Assembly: GCA_964252075.1 (NCBI GenBank) | Contig: CAXULY010000070.1 | Coordinates: 1 to 18,213 of the forward strand | Length of the DNA: 18,213 bases | Direction of reading: 5' to 3' | DNA from: an uncultured Deinococcaceae bacterium | Lineage (GTDB): Bacteria; Deinococcota; Deinococci; Deinococcales; Deinococcaceae | Shown here: positions 17,024 to 18,213 of the stretch, one piece after another | Layout of the letters: every line of letters begins with the position of its first letter | Numbering within the stretch: the stretch's first letter is position 1 | The notes under the pieces: model-generated | Databases searched by the model: none | Seen by the model: only the letters and a program-made list of their open reading frames with translations | Told to the model about the DNA's origin: nothing | Made by a program: the position numbers and the translations under genes

Positions 17024-17452
17024 TTAGCCTCCGGTGAAGAGCAACTGCTGGGTGAAGGTGAGTTGGACGCGCCAGGCGGGCGCGCCATCGAGGGCGGTGA
17101 GGTTCTGGAAGGCGAACTCGCCGGGCGCCTCGTCGGTGCCCGCGAGGAGCGCGCGCGCCCGAAGCGCGAGGCTCAGGGCGCGTGCGCGGGAGGGGGCGAC
17201 CACGTCGAGGAGCAGCGTGCCCTCGTCCAGGCTGAGGAAGCTGCTCTCGGTGGGGTCGTACAGCTGGACGTACCCGCCCGCGCCGGGCTGGCCGGGGGAG
17301 AGGTAGGCCGTGACGCCGCTCGGGCCGTCCGGATCCTCGCGCCCGTCCGCACCGCGCGCGCTGAACTGGCGCGGCAGCGCGACCTGCTCGGGCTGCAGCA
17401 CCACCGCGCCGAGTGCGCCGAGGAGCGAGGTGGCGCTCGTGAGGACGTCCAT
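17024..17452 (-). CDS. Tail terminator-like protein (142 aa)
   Basis: ATG at 17452 overlaps the upstream TGA (TGATG). 'LLLDVVAPSRARALSLALRARALL' fits the strand-helix pattern of SPP1 gp17/lambda gpU-like proteins. It lies immediately upstream of the tube gene. Confidence 0.7.
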   Translation of the reverse strand: MDVLTSATSLLGALGAVVLQPEQVALPRQFSARGADGREDPDGPSGVTAYLSPGQPGAGGYVQLYDPTESSFLSLDEGTLLLDVVAPSRARALSLALRARALLAGTDEAPGEFAFQNLTALDGAPAWRVQLTFTQQLLFTGG

Positions 17453-17835
17453 CAGCGCTCCAGCTTGCAGGTTCCGGGCGTGGAGGTGCCGTAATCGCTG
17501 GGCTGTGCGTACTCCAGGACGGTGAGGGTGCCGCCGCCGAGGTCGCGCGGGAGCGTGGTGGTGGCGCCGCGCGCCGGGCGGCTCTGGCGGTGGTGCACTT
17601 TCAGCACGCGCAGGTCCTGGAACTTCACGCCGAGGCGCTCGGCGGCCGCCTGGTACAGCGAGAACTCCTCGCGCTTCAGGCGCGCCGGGTCGATCACCTT
17701 GGCGTCCACGCGCCACACCTGCTCGCCCTTCGCGAAGGTCAGCGCGTGGGGGTACAGCACGCCCGCGAAGTCGTCGAGGTTCTCCTGCGCGAGCGCGCGG
17801 TACTCGTCGAGGTCGCTCACGGCGATGTGCTCCAC
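17452..17835 (-). CDS. Head-closure/stopper-like protein (127 aa)
   Basis: GTG start overlaps the upstream ORF end. It is small and beta-rich, and lies between the adaptor-like and terminator-like genes. The call is positional. Confidence 0.6.
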   Translation of the reverse strand: MEHIAVSDLDEYRALAQENLDDFAGVLYPHALTFAKGEQVWRVDAKVIDPARLKREEFSLYQAAAERLGVKFQDLRVLKVHHRQSRPARGATTTLPRDLGGGTLTVLEYAQPSDYGTSTPGTCKLER

Positions 17836-18212
17836 TCCCCGAATTCAGGCGCGGGGTTCGCGCTGACGGTCCCGCTGGCGACGGTCACGGTGAGGCCCGC
17901 GGCGGCGCGCGCGGCGGCCTCCAGTTCCTTCAGTTCCTTGATGCGACCGAGGATGTCGCGCTCGGCGGTCACGTCGCCTTCTGCCCTGAACTTGTCCGCT
18001 TTGCGGGACAGGGCGGTGATCCACGCGCGCAGCGCAAGCGCCTTGATGTGCTCGAACCGCTGGGGCTCGGTGGCGGTCGGGCGCTCATCCGCGAGCTGGC
18101 CCCACAGCTTGATGCGGTCGTCGAGGGCAGCGCTGGTCAGGCCGACGTCGCTGGGCAGGAGGTTCAGCTCGCCCTCCAGCCGCTGCCTGGGCTTGAGGGG
18201 CCGTGCGGGCGC
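17817..18212 (-). CDS. Partial CDS (start outside window), putative head-tail adaptor, ...RLEGELNLLPSDVGLTSAALDDRIKLWGQ...PEFGEWSTSP*
   Basis: Not in the ORF track; read manually. There are 131 open codons ending at TGA 17817-17819, with helical composition and a positional match to an adaptor. Confidence 0.7.
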   Translation of the reverse strand, partial: APARPLKPRQRLEGELNLLPSDVGLTSAALDDRIKLWGQLADERPTATEPQRFEHIKALALRAWITALSRKADKFRAEGDVTAERDILGRIKELKELEAAARAAAGLTVTVASGTVSANPAPEFGEWSTSP

Positions 18213-18213
18213 C

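Larger units (their letters stand above)
1..18213 (-). mobile_element. Prophage/phage neck-tail morphogenesis module (siphovirus-like, partial; both ends lie outside the window)
   Basis: Tightly coupled minus-strand operon (ATGA/TGATG overlaps, GGAGG RBSs). It contains a TP901-type tape measure gene, an HK97 gp10-like gene, a chaperone frameshift and FN3-bearing tail proteins. No sheath-sized gene lies next to the tube gene. Confidence 0.93.

Noticed and set aside
1..18213. Contractile injection system/tailocin, diversity-generating retroelement, invertible fibre cassette or CRISPR array
   Set aside because: No sheath or baseplate-wedge genes, reverse transcriptase, TR/VR pair, invertase or spaced repeats were seen in this window. 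Neck genes imply a head-bearing particle.

Overview
High-GC prophage/phage morphogenesis region, almost entirely on the minus strand, encoding the neck and tail of a long, non-contractile-tailed (siphovirus-like) particle. The host may be Deinococcus-like; this is inferred from composition and a leaderless-type -10 element and is not proven. In transcription order (right to left) the genes are: partial head-tail adaptor-like ORF, head-closure-like protein, tail terminator-like protein, major tail tube protein followed by a 13-bp hairpin, and a tail assembly chaperone pair joined by a -1 frameshift (G GGA AAA plus a downstream stem). Next come a displaced HK97 gp10-like gene, a single oppositely oriented membrane-protein 'moron' with its own candidate promoter, and a ~2017-aa TP901-type tape measure protein with 88-aa repeats. 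The tail-tip block follows: a Dit-like protein, a stand-alone Ig-like protein, a 1071-aa hub-like protein with three FN3 domains, a 61-aa beta/OB-like mini-protein, an 816-aa protein with a 7-Cys N-terminus, and four further tip/fibre-associated ORFs, the last running off the left edge. No sheath, RNA genes, CRISPR or transposases were seen. Product calls rest on motif recognition and gene order, not on database searches.
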